Virus record (IMG/VR): IMGVR_UViG_3300045988_062651 | Span: 1-46,827 of that record | Length of the DNA: 46,827 nucleotides | DNA from: a virus | Reading direction: 5' to 3' (one strand) | Part shown: piece by piece, positions 29,146 to 39,290 of the stretch | Layout of the letters: each line of letters starts with the position of its first letter | Numbering within the stretch: position 1 is the first letter of the stretch | Made by a program: the position numbers and the translations under genes | Notes under the pieces: model-generated | The model's input: only the letters and a program-made list of their open reading frames with translations | The model's database searches: none | What the model was told of the DNA's origin: nothing

Positions 29146-32100
29146 CTATTTCCTTATTATTCTTGTCAAATTGCCTTTTTTAACAATTGTGCGGTCAGGT
29201 TCAGAATAGTATCTGTAGCCGAGCTCCTCCTTAATACGGGACACGTCCTGTTCAAGTCTGGATATATCCGTAGACTGGCTAAAGCCGGCTAACTGCAGTT
29301 CAACAGGCGCAGCGAAGGACTGCATATAAGACTGTTCGAACGTACCCTTATTAAGGCTCTCGATAATACCAGGAAGTATATCACGATATTGGCGCGTACG
29401 CTTCTTATTAATAATTGCGAGAGCCTCGCCACCTTCAGCACGCATTCTCTTATGGCGCTTGTTTTCAACACCGAGGTCAATATCGTTACCAGAAGCATGA
29501 GAACCACCTTCAAGGAACTCAAGACCGCCTTCGCCGTACTGTTCAGACTGAGACGCAACCTGAGCGGCTTTAATTTTAGCGGCAACGAACGAGCCCCACA
29601 TAGTAGCAATAGCTGCAAGAGCCAGCGCAGGACCAATAATAGGAACACCGCCAACCGCAGACCAAAGCTGGGCAGTTGCTGTAATAAGAGATGAAGTTTG
29701 CGTGACAGTATCAATAGCAAGTTGGGCCTTCTGGGCTTTTTCCTTTTCCTTGATAGCTTCTTCACGTTTTTTCCTGGCAAGCGCAAGTTCCTTCTGAGCC
29801 GTAACAACACTATTGGCATAGCCGTTATTGCGGGCCTCAAGTTCAGCGTCCAGAACACTCTTAGCAGCTTCAACTTGTTTATCCGCAGCGTCTACAGCGG
29901 CTTGCGCTGCCTCATTCCAGGAGTCAATCAAAGATGAGATATTATCTTTGATAGCGTCAAATACCTCGTTAAAAGCGCCAATCGCGTTATCGTCAAAACC
30001 AAGATGCTTAAGTATTGTTCCGCCAATGCCATACTCTCCAATATCGGCGAGAATTTCATCAAATTTTCTAGGCAACTTATCTAGTTGCCTGTTAATGTTG
30101 GCAATCATCTGTTTTGCCTCGTCAATCTGGACCTTAGACCAATTAAGCATGCCGGCTTCTGCGAGTTTTACTTTTTCTTCCCACAGAGCTTTTTCCTGTT
30201 CCAGCTCAAAGCGCTTAATTTGAGTTGTTGTATGTTCTACACTATTGAATCTTGCTTTTTGTAGGCCTTGTTTCTGCTCGAAACCTTCAAGAATATGACT
30301 ACCCTTGGTCCTGGCGGCTTTAGTATTAAAAGCCGCATTGATAGAAGACTCGCTAACTTGTTCACTGGTAGGTTTTAAGCGATTCTCAGCAAGAGCAATC
30401 TTACGCTCGGCCTTAAGTTTCTTAAGCTTAATACTGAGCTCTTCATCAGAATTAGACTGAACAGCTTCCAACTCATTGTCAAGGCCCGCTACAATGATAC
30501 GGTACATTTCCTGCATATGCTTTGTAACCAGGTCTTCTTCCTTCTTGGCGTAAGTCTGGCTAATGAGCTGAAGGCCAATATCATTACCATCGTCGTCTCG
30601 TATACGGTCATCTTGATTACGCTTTTGGTAAGCCTCGATTTCAGCTTTCTTCTGGGCCGCAAGAATCTTCTTTTGCAAGTCAAGCTGTTCATCCGCAGTA
30701 GCGTTGCCCAGATTGAGTATGTACTGATACCGCTCTTCTGCCAGCTTATTCATCTGTATATTATGCTCGCGCTCGAGCTTCTCCAGCTCCTGATTTTTCG
30801 CTACTTCAAGATTGACAAGAATCTGGCCTATAGCCTTGTTAGAGGTTTCAATCTTGTCCCGCTGTTCAGGCGTTAGAGCAGTCTTAGCGTAAGCGCCACG
30901 TTTGTTGAGAATGTCATCGTTCTTGCTATACATTTTCTGCAACTCCGCAAGCTCGTTCTGGTAGTTAGCCTCAATTTGTGCTTTACGCTGCTCAAAGCCG
31001 TCTTCAATCGCTTTAGCGGCCGCATCATTAGCTTTTTTAATGAGCGTAGTAGACATATTGCGGATATACTCATCAAGGGAGCGCGCACCACGGCCATAAC
31101 CTGATTTACCAACGTCTTTTTGGTCTTTAGGTTTAATACCTGCGGCGTTGAGCTTATCAATAATATCTTGGGTATAGCCAAGACCCATTCTGGTATACTG
31201 TACGCCATTTTGTATGTACTGCTGTTCACGCTCACGAGAAGCTGCAATTTCCTTAGCCTGCTTGGCCCGTTTCTTATCATTTGCAAGCGCTTCTTCTTGT
31301 AATTTGTTGAGTTGTTCTTGGGTAGTCTTTTGCATTACTTGCCTACCTTGGCTATCATGGGTCCAAACATAGTCACCAACCTGTCCATTTTGTAAATACA
31401 GGGCGCTAATACGACCTCTCGCGCTATTCTCATGCGCCTGATACTCGGCTTCGAGAACGCCACGACTTGCGCCCTCCTGCATTGCTTTCTTATACTCTTC
31501 AGCTGCAAGCTGCTCTGCAGCGGCTGCAATAGCACGAAGACGCATAGACTCAATAACAGCACCTGTATTCTTAATAAATACATTCTCGGCATCAGCCACA
31601 TTGTTAATGGCAATACCAAGCTTTGAGAATTCAGACTGGTTATTTTTAATCCATTTGGTTTTCTCGGCTTCAGTACGTAAGTTTTTCCACTGTAGTTGCA
31701 AGCGGTACAAAGTAGACAAGCCTTCACCAAACTCATCGCTCGTCTCTTTAATTTGCTTTTTAAGCTTCTTGAGCGCTTTGGTTGTACTGATAATAACATT
31801 GTTACCGGTTATAAGCTTTTTGGCCCACTTCAAAATATCCTCACCAAAGAAGGTAAGAAGTGTGACCACTAGCATCATAATAGCGTTAAAGGATAGTAGA
31901 GATTTACCAATCTGCTTAACCACACTTACTGTTTCAGTGCCGGCAGCTTTAAGCTGTTTGTTAGCCGTAATAACCTTCCTAATCTGGTCAACAACCATAG
32001 GAACGTTGTTAGAGATAGCAAGGAAGAATGTATTCATCGACACTGCAGCGGCTGGCGCTTCACGTAAGAGCTGCGATATAGAATAAGATAAGCCGTCAAA

Positions 32101-33438
32101 GTTCTTACCGAGTCTCTGCATACCACCGCGGCCGGCGCTAATGCCCACCTCCATAGTAGTCATTAGCGCCGCAATTTGTTGCTGATACGCAGTTAATTCA
32201 TCGCGCTGTGCTTTTTGAGAGAGAGATAGCTTTCTGAGTTCAAGAGCATTGGCCTCGTAAATGGCATTCAGCTGGTCATAGGACAGCTTTGTGAAGTCTA
32301 CCTGATTTCTAGCCTCAACCTCAATAGGAATATTTGCACGCATAAGCGCCGCACGCGCTTGGTTCAGCCGGTTCTGCTCAGCAATATCCTGGTTTGTAGC
32401 TGCTAATTGTGCAGCTTCACCTGATTGCGCAAGACGTAAACGCTCTTCTGCTTTTTCAAGGTCGGTCTCAAGCTGAATACGCGCTTTTATCTTAAAATTT
32501 GCTATATCCGCCTGTGCGTTAGTCTCTGCAATACGCTCAGCCTCAGTACTCTGGGCAAGCGCAAGCCGACGAGACGCATTGGCAAGAGCATCTGCACTTA
32601 ATGAGCTACCATTCATAGTTGCATTAAGCGCTTCATACTGGGCCGTAAGATTCATAATGTCCTTCTGCATCTGCACTCCTTGCGCAGAATTACGCGCAGA
32701 CTCATCAAGTTTACGGTATGAAGCAACAAGCTGGTCAAGTCTTGCTTTAAGGCCATCGATAGACGTGGCCTTGGTATTCATAGCTGCGGCATCAAGCTGG
32801 TGGGCTTTTCTCTTACGAGCTGCTGCGTCTGCATAACGGGCAGTCATAACCGCTAAACTGTCGTCTTGCTTAAGCATATTTGTTTGTGCTCGTACATAGT
32901 CATTAACCGCACTAATAGAAGCTTTAAGTTCACGCTGAGCATATGCGCGCTCTTGAGTAAGCTGACGAATTTTTGCAAGTTGCTCATCATTAGTATGTAC
33001 ATTCATACGGTCAGCCTCACTGAGCGCATTATAGAGAGCTGTCTCACGCTTAATCGATTCATTAAGAGCATCGATAGCTCCTTTTGCCGCTTTATCCAGT
33101 TTGTACCGGGAAAGTGTTTCTTGGTTAGCCTCTTTAATCTGCTCTTTAACTACAGCAGTGGCTTTGCCAAAATCAGACTGCGCGTATGCAAGGTCACGAT
33201 AAGACTTTTCAAGCTTTTCGATAAAAGTAGCCATTTCGGCAAGAGCGTTCTCGCCGTCGGTAGTTACACCCGTAACCTTTTTAATAGCTGCCGTCATTTT
33301 CTCAGCAGTAACTGGCACACTCTGGGCCACTTTAGACATGTGTACGTTAACCTGCTCGAGAAGCTCTATAAGTTTCTCGATAGAGTCGTCAGGTACTATA
33401 AAATCACTGTACCTAATAAAGCTGTCGTCTGCTGCCAT
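29146..33438 (-). CDS. Tape measure protein (1430 aa)
   Basis: Very long coiled-coil protein with internal hydrophobic segments (AIMMLVVTLLTFFG and IIGPALALAAIATMWGSFVAA), directly after the G/GT chaperone pair. Confidence 0.85.
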   Translation of the reverse strand: MAADDSFIRYSDFIVPDDSIEKLIELLEQVNVHMSKVAQSVPVTAEKMTAAIKKVTGVTTDGENALAEMATFIEKLEKSYRDLAYAQSDFGKATAVVKEQIKEANQETLSRYKLDKAAKGAIDALNESIKRETALYNALSEADRMNVHTNDEQLAKIRQLTQERAYAQRELKASISAVNDYVRAQTNMLKQDDSLAVMTARYADAAARKRKAHQLDAAAMNTKATSIDGLKARLDQLVASYRKLDESARNSAQGVQMQKDIMNLTAQYEALNATMNGSSLSADALANASRRLALAQSTEAERIAETNAQADIANFKIKARIQLETDLEKAEERLRLAQSGEAAQLAATNQDIAEQNRLNQARAALMRANIPIEVEARNQVDFTKLSYDQLNAIYEANALELRKLSLSQKAQRDELTAYQQQIAALMTTMEVGISAGRGGMQRLGKNFDGLSYSISQLLREAPAAAVSMNTFFLAISNNVPMVVDQIRKVITANKQLKAAGTETVSVVKQIGKSLLSFNAIMMLVVTLLTFFGEDILKWAKKLITGNNVIISTTKALKKLKKQIKETSDEFGEGLSTLYRLQLQWKNLRTEAEKTKWIKNNQSEFSKLGIAINNVADAENVFIKNTGAVIESMRLRAIAAAAEQLAAEEYKKAMQEGASRGVLEAEYQAHENSARGRISALYLQNGQVGDYVWTHDSQGRQVMQKTTQEQLNKLQEEALANDKKRAKQAKEIAASREREQQYIQNGVQYTRMGLGYTQDIIDKLNAAGIKPKDQKDVGKSGYGRGARSLDEYIRNMSTTLIKKANDAAAKAIEDGFEQRKAQIEANYQNELAELQKMYSKNDDILNKRGAYAKTALTPEQRDKIETSNKAIGQILVNLEVAKNQELEKLEREHNIQMNKLAEERYQYILNLGNATADEQLDLQKKILAAQKKAEIEAYQKRNQDDRIRDDDGNDIGLQLISQTYAKKEEDLVTKHMQEMYRIIVAGLDNELEAVQSNSDEELSIKLKKLKAERKIALAENRLKPTSEQVSESSINAAFNTKAARTKGSHILEGFEQKQGLQKARFNSVEHTTTQIKRFELEQEKALWEEKVKLAEAGMLNWSKVQIDEAKQMIANINRQLDKLPRKFDEILADIGEYGIGGTILKHLGFDDNAIGAFNEVFDAIKDNISSLIDSWNEAAQAAVDAADKQVEAAKSVLDAELEARNNGYANSVVTAQKELALARKKREEAIKEKEKAQKAQLAIDTVTQTSSLITATAQLWSAVGGVPIIGPALALAAIATMWGSFVAAKIKAAQVASQSEQYGEGGLEFLEGGSHASGNDIDLGVENKRHKRMRAEGGEALAIINKKRTRQYRDILPGIIESLNKGTFEQSYMQSFAAPVELQLAGFSQSTDISRLEQDVSRIKEELGYRYYSEPDRTIVKKGNLTRIIRK

Positions 33439-33712
33439 ATTTCGTATTGCGTTTAATTTGTTTCTTTATGTCTTCAAGTGCGCTATAAAACTGCAACACT
33501 GTTAAAGTCTTCGGTGCAAGGCCTGTTTGCTGCGCTATAATCAAGCATGTACTTTCAAATTGCTTGTTATACTCAACCTCTATTGACTTAGGACCATCAA
33601 AATTACCAGGCCGATACTTTGCGAACATTTTAGCGTCCAACTCTTGTATTTCATCGTCATGGTCTACACCATTTGCCAGAAAATCAAGCTGTAAAAGTAT
33701 ACGCTGTTTCAA
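33413..33712 (-). CDS. Tail assembly chaperone T-frame (expressed as a -1 frameshift extension of 33742-34185)
   Basis: It lies in the -1 frame relative to the upstream ORF, and that frame is open from the A9 slippery run down to 33413. Confidence 0.7.
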   Translation of the reverse strand: MKQRILLQLDFLANGVDHDDEIQELDAKMFAKYRPGNFDGPKSIEVEYNKQFESTCLIIAQQTGLAPKTLTVLQFYSALEDIKKQIKRNTKYGSRRQLY

Positions 33713-33741
33713 TTGGGCATAATATTCTTTCTCTTGAGCGG

Positions 33742-34185
33742 TTATTGCTTGTCCTGGGAAGTATGCTTCAAGTTCGTCTGTAATTTTTTTTTAAGCCAAT
33801 CGAGTGTCTTGGTTAACAAACTGTGTGGCATTTCCTGAATTTTGGTCAGTAACTCGCTGTAATCATCATCAGAAACAGCCTCAATCTTCTTACCATCAAT
33901 ACTGTAGACTAATGCGGCAAAAGCTAAGTACTTTGGAGATATGTTAGCGTTAATCATAAATAGATTTTGGCGCATATTCTGCAGTTCTTGCGCTGCTTTT
34001 TCGCGTTCATTATTTCCAATAAACTTTGCCAGCTTTACAATATGAGCATCGAGGTCGTCAATAGAGGACCCGATACCGGCATCAATCAATAAAAATTTGT
34101 TGTAACGCTGATAAGCGCCAATCGGAAGTTCATCTACGCTGTCATACAGCTTAATTACGTGTTTTCCTGTGTCAATTGTCTTCAT
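33742..34185 (-). CDS. Tail assembly chaperone (G-like, 147 aa)
   Basis: It lies immediately upstream of the tape measure. Its 3' end contains CTT AAA AAA AAA TTA. Confidence 0.7.
   Translation of the reverse strand: MKTIDTGKHVIKLYDSVDELPIGAYQRYNKFLLIDAGIGSSIDDLDAHIVKLAKFIGNNEREKAAQELQNMRQNLFMINANISPKYLAFAALVYSIDGKKIEAVSDDDYSELLTKIQEMPHSLLTKTLDWLKKKLQTNLKHTSQDKQ
33784..33792 (-). promoter_or_regulatory. Programmed -1 ribosomal frameshift slippery site (A9)
   Basis: Nine consecutive A on the minus strand form exactly three in-frame AAA codons. The -1 frame then reads ITDELEAYFPGQAITAQEKEYYAQLKQRILLQ... Confidence 0.7.
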
Positions 34186-34252
34186 AGCTTTATGGATTTT
34201 ATTTTAAGGGCGGATTTCTCTCCCGGAAAAACTATAAAAAATCAAGATTATT

Positions 34253-34347
34253 GATATATTTTGGCTCTTCTGGCCAATCTGAAATTCTCCAAAATATAAT
34301 TAACTATCCAGAAATTTTTTGTCAATTCTGGAAGACGAAAAAACCTA
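34253..34347 (-). repeat. Dispersed ~95-nt repeat, element B (partner is element A at 5407-5502)
   Basis: See element A. Element B directly abuts the stop codon of the 88-aa membrane-protein gene. Confidence 0.7.
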
Positions 34348-34350
34348 CCC

Positions 34351-34617
34351 TTAATTGAGTAAAAAACGTATAATTGGCGTGGTAAAGACTGGCGCAAACA
34401 AAATACACCAGTTTCCAAGCACCGCAAGAACAATAATGCTCAAAATTAAGCTCGTCCAGAAGCCTAAACAGAAGTCACATTTGAGCATTTCTTGCAAAAG
34501 GCCTTTAGTATTGTCGATTGCGCGGTCACGATAACCACGCTTTTCGGCAAACTGAATGATAAATGTTACTGCAAGTGCAATAAGCACTATAAGTACTAAA
34601 TAATATACGGTTGACAT
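34351..34617 (-). CDS. Small three-helix membrane protein (88 aa) embedded in the tail module (moron-like)
   Basis: Hydrophobic helices VYYLVLIVLIALAVTFII, GFWTSLILSIIVLAVL and WCILFAPVF. Confidence 0.6.
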   Translation of the reverse strand: MSTVYYLVLIVLIALAVTFIIQFAEKRGYRDRAIDNTKGLLQEMLKCDFCLGFWTSLILSIIVLAVLGNWCILFAPVFTTPIIRFLLN

Positions 34618-35231
34618 AATTCACGAGTTGTCATTTCAAATTCAATACGAAGACCACCAAATGGGTACATAAAGAACTGCTTGTCCTTTGCGGCCAAGTC
34701 CTGGCTGCTATAAACAAACTCATTATAGATTTTTTGGATAGTATACCCACGGTAGATATTCTCAAACCGCTCGTATGCTTCTTTAACAACAAGTTTGCCC
34801 TGGACCTTGATAATACCAGGAGTGGTGAGCAGTGAAATCACTTCATTCTTTATTTCTTCGGTGTGAAGATAAGTTGCATCTGGATAAATGGTTTCCATAT
34901 TATACCAGAATATAATTGCGCCTCGGAAAGTGTATTGGGGCAGACCTTGCGTAACTTGCCTGATTTCCTGAGGGTCATAAATATCGAACCAGCAGAAATT
35001 TCCAAATTTGTCATTTGGGTTGAGCGAGACGTATTCGCCTTGTCCCGTGTACGCCGCAGGATAGACCCACTTACCAGAATCTGACTGGTGCTCTACGAGT
35101 TTATACGCACGGCCAAAAGCCTTATCAAGCCAGGAGAGCCTGGTCACTAGGGCTTTCTGCAAATCCTGTATAACTGCATCAAGCAAAACCGGATTTTGCT
35201 TTATAGGTATCGTTACATTTTCAAGTCTCAT
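34596..35231 (-). CDS. Structural protein (211 aa; neck or tail candidate)
   Basis: Assigned only by position between the head and tail-chaperone genes. Confidence 0.45.
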   Translation of the reverse strand: MRLENVTIPIKQNPVLLDAVIQDLQKALVTRLSWLDKAFGRAYKLVEHQSDSGKWVYPAAYTGQGEYVSLNPNDKFGNFCWFDIYDPQEIRQVTQGLPQYTFRGAIIFWYNMETIYPDATYLHTEEIKNEVISLLTTPGIIKVQGKLVVKEAYERFENIYRGYTIQKIYNEFVYSSQDLAAKDKQFFMYPFGGLRIEFEMTTRELCQPYII

Positions 35232-35707
35232 TTTATTTTAAGTCCATATTTAATTCGTATAAAACTTGATAAATCTTTACGTAAGTGACTGCGTATTAGT
35301 CGAGAGAAGTTCTCAGCAGTAAGCCTGAAAATTGACGGGCCATATTTATCAACTAGTTTGTCAGTTTTCTCGTCAGTAGACGTGATATAGAAGCCTTCGC
35401 TATTTGCTATAACCTTGAAGCCCTCATAAAATGCACCCGTATCTTTCAAAGTTACGCGAGTATACGGCTGACCTTTGCGTTTTTTATTAGCGATAGTTCT
35501 TGGCGCGTATGGCGCATAACTCATAATCTTGGTGCCAAAACCTTCTATGCCTCGTCTGTATAGCTGACTGTTGGCTACCATACCTGTCAGCAGCTCCTGT
35601 GTGCCGGAAAAGGCAAAATAGTCCTCAAGGTACTCATCTAAGTAAGTTCTAAACTTACGTAGACGATACGTCATATTACGAAGTGTACCTTGATAGTAGT
35701 AAGCCAT
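35228..35707 (-). CDS. Head-tail joining / virion morphogenesis-like protein (159 aa)
   Basis: Assigned by position. LKDTGAFYEGF weakly resembles the L.dTG.L motif of morphogenesis proteins. Confidence 0.35.
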   Translation of the reverse strand: MAYYYQGTLRNMTYRLRKFRTYLDEYLEDYFAFSGTQELLTGMVANSQLYRRGIEGFGTKIMSYAPYAPRTIANKKRKGQPYTRVTLKDTGAFYEGFKVIANSEGFYITSTDEKTDKLVDKYGPSIFRLTAENFSRLIRSHLRKDLSSFIRIKYGLKIK

Positions 35708-35709
35708 AA

Positions 35710-37107
35710 CTAAATTGGTTTGTAGCGAAGTCCGTGATTACAGCAAGGCAGACAGACACGATTGATACCAGAAGTAGCAAGGCTGATAGCCCCGAGAGCT
35801 TGCTTAAGCTCGTAGGCCAGACCGCTTTCACGCATAGAACTAGAGTCGCCGTCAATCTCGTACAGGATTTCAGTACGTCCAGCGTTAACTGAATGTCTGT
35901 TAGTGCGTACATTTGGATTATAGACAAACTCACGAAGAGCGTCAACGGCCATTTGCTTCATGAGCACATCCTGGAATAGCCAGCGCTGGTCAACTATAAA
36001 GTCAGTCAGGTCGCAGCCCACAGTAATGTCCAGATTAAGGCCCCAGGTCTTGTCAGCAAAATACTGCATGTCTTCGGCATCCCACAAGGCGAGAGACTTT
36101 TGATTTGTGTTAAAGAACGCGTTAGAGTAGTCATCATTGAAATCACCAGAAACCAGACTTACGTCATTACCGTTAACACGAAATGGGTTAATCTCCATGT
36201 ACTTTGACCAAGCGAGATATGCCTCATAGTCCCTGCGGTTGCAGGTTCTACAAGTCATGCCGGACCAGTCATAAGACCGGTTAATCGCCTGGCTGTTTGG
36301 AGGAAGTTCGCTCTGCAGATAGCATACGTACCAGGAACCTGCGACTGTGCCATTCTCGGACTCAATATACGGAAGATAGAGGTTGTCAGTCTTGAACCAT
36401 TCACAGGTGTTAGGCTGAGTTTTAATAAAGGTTAAAGAGTAGACTGGTCCCCGCTTAGACGAATGCATGATATACACCCTGTAGATACCAGGTGTAGAAA
36501 AGTGCAAGCCAATCTTGTTCACTTTGATAGTAACGCCCTTAGCACGTGCCGGAATAATCTCAAAACCGACTAATGCATCAGTATTTGCAATTTTATCGGA
36601 AATACGTGTAGTGACGTCAAACAGAATGCGGTCTTCAAGAAGGTTCTTGTACGTACCTTTATTCTGCTTATCATTAAGGTACGTATAGATAGCTTTGTAG
36701 ATAGTAGAACGCGTCTTATCTTCAAGCCATTCAGAGAACGGTGAGGTTTCAATCCAGTAGTTAGGCCAGCCTTCAGAGACCCCAGGCTTAATACCCACAG
36801 GTACAGTGTCAATGGCCTTAAAGTACTTGACTACTGCGGTTTCTTCAGTAGTAGTCGTAACTTTAATAATCTGGTCCTTAAGATACGTGGCCGTATCATC
36901 ATACTCAGGCTTGGTATAATCGGAAAAGTCAGGTGCAATGCTCGCCATGTTATTAAGAGTGAGCAAAGGGTGTGCCTGCTGATAATATAAACCGCTCTCA
37001 CTACCAAGCAGATTGGAGGATAGCAAGAGGTCAGGATTAGCATCATCGGTCTGTTTCCAACCAACAAGACCGAGAAGACTATCTTCTATGTATTTTGCTC
37101 GTAACAT
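35710..37107 (-). CDS. Structural protein of unknown role (465 aa)
   Basis: Long ORF directly after the capsid gene terminator. Confidence 0.55.
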   Translation of the reverse strand: MLRAKYIEDSLLGLVGWKQTDDANPDLLLSSNLLGSESGLYYQQAHPLLTLNNMASIAPDFSDYTKPEYDDTATYLKDQIIKVTTTTEETAVVKYFKAIDTVPVGIKPGVSEGWPNYWIETSPFSEWLEDKTRSTIYKAIYTYLNDKQNKGTYKNLLEDRILFDVTTRISDKIANTDALVGFEIIPARAKGVTIKVNKIGLHFSTPGIYRVYIMHSSKRGPVYSLTFIKTQPNTCEWFKTDNLYLPYIESENGTVAGSWYVCYLQSELPPNSQAINRSYDWSGMTCRTCNRRDYEAYLAWSKYMEINPFRVNGNDVSLVSGDFNDDYSNAFFNTNQKSLALWDAEDMQYFADKTWGLNLDITVGCDLTDFIVDQRWLFQDVLMKQMAVDALREFVYNPNVRTNRHSVNAGRTEILYEIDGDSSSMRESGLAYELKQALGAISLATSGINRVCLPCCNHGLRYKPI

Positions 37108-37133
37108 GCTGCGTGTCTTTTAATATAAAAACA

Positions 37134-37170
37134 GAGGACGCTTAGGACTTTAGTGGTCCACGGCGTCCTC
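37134..37170 (-). terminator. Hairpin terminator or attenuator after the major capsid gene
   Basis: The 8-bp GC stem GAGGACGC/GCGTCCTC is followed on the minus strand by TGTTTTTAT. Confidence 0.6.
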
Positions 37171-37209
37171 CGGCCTTAAAGCTATGAAACAGAAAGGGTT
37201 TTTGCTCTA

Positions 37210-38292
37210 CTACTGGCCAACATTGTTAACCACAAGACCGAGCTTGTCAGTAGTGGCGTCATAGCCAACGTTGAAGGCAATGATAGGACTGGCAAGTTTG
37301 CTAGGGCTGCTGTTGTATGCGGTGACGAAGCAAACGTCTATTGCGAAACCATAGTGCTCTTTACGAGTACGAGTCAAGTCAGCGGTAGCTGCACCAGCGA
37401 TAGTGTTGTAGTCGTCGACAGAGTCGTAGAAGTAAGTGCCGACAGGCATGTTGAGGACAGGCAGCGTTGCGATACCCCACTCATGGCCGTCGCCAGAACG
37501 AGTGCCAAGAATACTGTCACGCTCGAAGCGGGTCAATAGACCAACTGAGCCCTGCTGTACTGCGTAGCCCTGAGCAAAAGTTTTCTCAGCGGCGGTAATA
37601 CCATTGGTAAAGTGGAATACCTTGTCACCCCACTCATTGTGCTTGTTCTCAATGTTGTAGAGGTCCTTCTGGGCGAGCTTACGGACAATGCTCTGGACGC
37701 CGGCGTCGCCGACAACGTGGAGCTGACCGAAGAAGTCGTTGGCCTCCATCATAACATTGAGGTCACCAAGCAAGTTCTCGCGCTGTAGCCAGCCAGCAGA
37801 GATTGTATTGGAGCCGAAGGTGTAGAACAACGGATTAGCCATAACCTGGGTCTTAGCCGCAGCAAGAGCAGCGAGAGCGGCCTTGTCAAGTGTAGAAGCA
37901 AATTTGTAGATGTACTTCATCATCTTGGCCTCGAAGTCACGCTGAATGCTGATTTCGTTGTTCATGTACATTGCTGGAGTTACAGTGAAGCCCCAGGAGT
38001 AGGTTGTGAAAGAGAACTGAACCATAGCAGAAGTGTTCTCACTGTCTGCGATAGTTACGCTGCGAGTGTTACCGATGCTGATGTTTGCATCGTAGTTGAT
38101 AACCGGAGTCTCAAGGGTGTTGCCGATAGAGGTGCGAGCCTTCTCGACAAGCTCCGGAGTGAGAATACCATTCGGGTCCTGGCTCTGGTCCATGAAGAGA
38201 TTCAGTGCGCCATAGCGACTCGGACGGAGCTCGAACTTATCCAGGCGAGAATTAGACCTGATGTTCTGAATACGTGTGTTAACTAAGCTCAT
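37210..38292 (-). CDS. Major capsid protein (360 aa)
   Basis: Assigned by size and by position after the scaffold gene. It is followed by a strong hairpin. Confidence 0.65.
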   Translation of the reverse strand: MSLVNTRIQNIRSNSRLDKFELRPSRYGALNLFMDQSQDPNGILTPELVEKARTSIGNTLETPVINYDANISIGNTRSVTIADSENTSAMVQFSFTTYSWGFTVTPAMYMNNEISIQRDFEAKMMKYIYKFASTLDKAALAALAAAKTQVMANPLFYTFGSNTISAGWLQRENLLGDLNVMMEANDFFGQLHVVGDAGVQSIVRKLAQKDLYNIENKHNEWGDKVFHFTNGITAAEKTFAQGYAVQQGSVGLLTRFERDSILGTRSGDGHEWGIATLPVLNMPVGTYFYDSVDDYNTIAGAATADLTRTRKEHYGFAIDVCFVTAYNSSPSKLASPIIAFNVGYDATTDKLGLVVNNVGQ

Positions 38293-38354
38293 AGTGCTTG
38301 CTTTTAAGAAGATTTAACGTGTCTGAGGCATTACCCTTGTGCTTCAGTAGATTA

Positions 38355-39287
38355 CTATTTGAGAGGCAATTCTGCCACTTTTGCTTCATTACGAAGCCTG
38401 AGAGATTCTTCACCGAATTCAGCCTTATCGCGAGTGAGGCCCTTGACAGTCAGGAGATAATTCTCAATCATGTTGTCGGCCTCAAGCTGGGTCTTTGCGC
38501 CACTCAAGTCGAGAGGCAGATTCGGGTCAGCTGGAGGAGTTGGACCAGTGCCGCCGCCGCCATGGTTAGGAGCAGTGCTGATTGCGTCCTTAATAGACGT
38601 TTCCATAACCAGCTCCTGAATGGTATAAGGCGCGAGTCCATTCTTTGGGTTGTTGACCAGGCTACCGTCAGTACCACGGAGAGCCAGGCGCTTGCTGCCG
38701 TTACCGTCATCAATGAGTTCAGGCTTGCCCTTTGCAAGAACCTCGTTCTTAGCTGCGTTAAGAATAACGTTCTTGAGCGTATCGCTGATACCATCCTTAA
38801 ATTTAAGGCCAGCAGTTGCAGCCTTGAATGCGTAATCAACGTGTGCGTCCATAACCTGCTTTTCAAGGTTTGCTTTTGTAGTAGCAAACTCAGTCTCTTT
38901 GGCCTGCAGGCTGTTCTTGAGCTGTTCAGCACGAGTCTTCGCATCTTTGAGCTCTTGCTTGATGGCCTCATCCGGACCTTTAGACTTTAGCTCTTCAATC
39001 TGGGCATTAGCAGCGTCAAGCTGGGACTGCAGATTTTTAGAAGCCTCAAGTTTAGCTTTATAGTCGCCGAGAACGCGCTTGACGTAGTCATAGCTCTTCT
39101 CGCCACTTTTCTTGGCAACGCCAGAAATACCGAGTACGTCAGTATCGTACTGGCCATGAAGTTCACCGATACGAGCACCAATAACGGTGTTCTCGTCATT
39201 CTGCGACATAGTAGCAATAGCGTTTAGCTGCTCGTCGCTCAAGCCAGAAAGCCTAGTGTTCTGCTTAAGAATTTCAACTGTTAACAT
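38355..39287 (-). CDS. Scaffolding protein (310 aa)
   Basis: Coiled-coil rich (KLEASKNLQSQLDAANAQIEELKSK). It lies between the portal and capsid genes. Confidence 0.55.
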   Translation of the reverse strand: MLTVEILKQNTRLSGLSDEQLNAIATMSQNDENTVIGARIGELHGQYDTDVLGISGVAKKSGEKSYDYVKRVLGDYKAKLEASKNLQSQLDAANAQIEELKSKGPDEAIKQELKDAKTRAEQLKNSLQAKETEFATTKANLEKQVMDAHVDYAFKAATAGLKFKDGISDTLKNVILNAAKNEVLAKGKPELIDDGNGSKRLALRGTDGSLVNNPKNGLAPYTIQELVMETSIKDAISTAPNHGGGGTGPTPPADPNLPLDLSGAKTQLEADNMIENYLLTVKGLTRDKAEFGEESLRLRNEAKVAELPLK

Positions 39288-39290
39288 ATG

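Noticed and set aside
38298-38990. Long plus-strand ORFs antisense to late genes: 38298-38990 (230 aa), 39288-39857 (189 aa), 32866-33456 (196 aa), 41891-42388 (165 aa), 23428-23904 (158 aa), 31601-32086, 29828-30223 and 20655-21035.
   Set aside because: Each lies fully inside a much longer minus-strand gene with recognisable motifs or clear operon context. Their translations are low-complexity (Leu/Ser/Arg/Cys-rich) and several start at non-ATG codons, which is typical of shadow ORFs.
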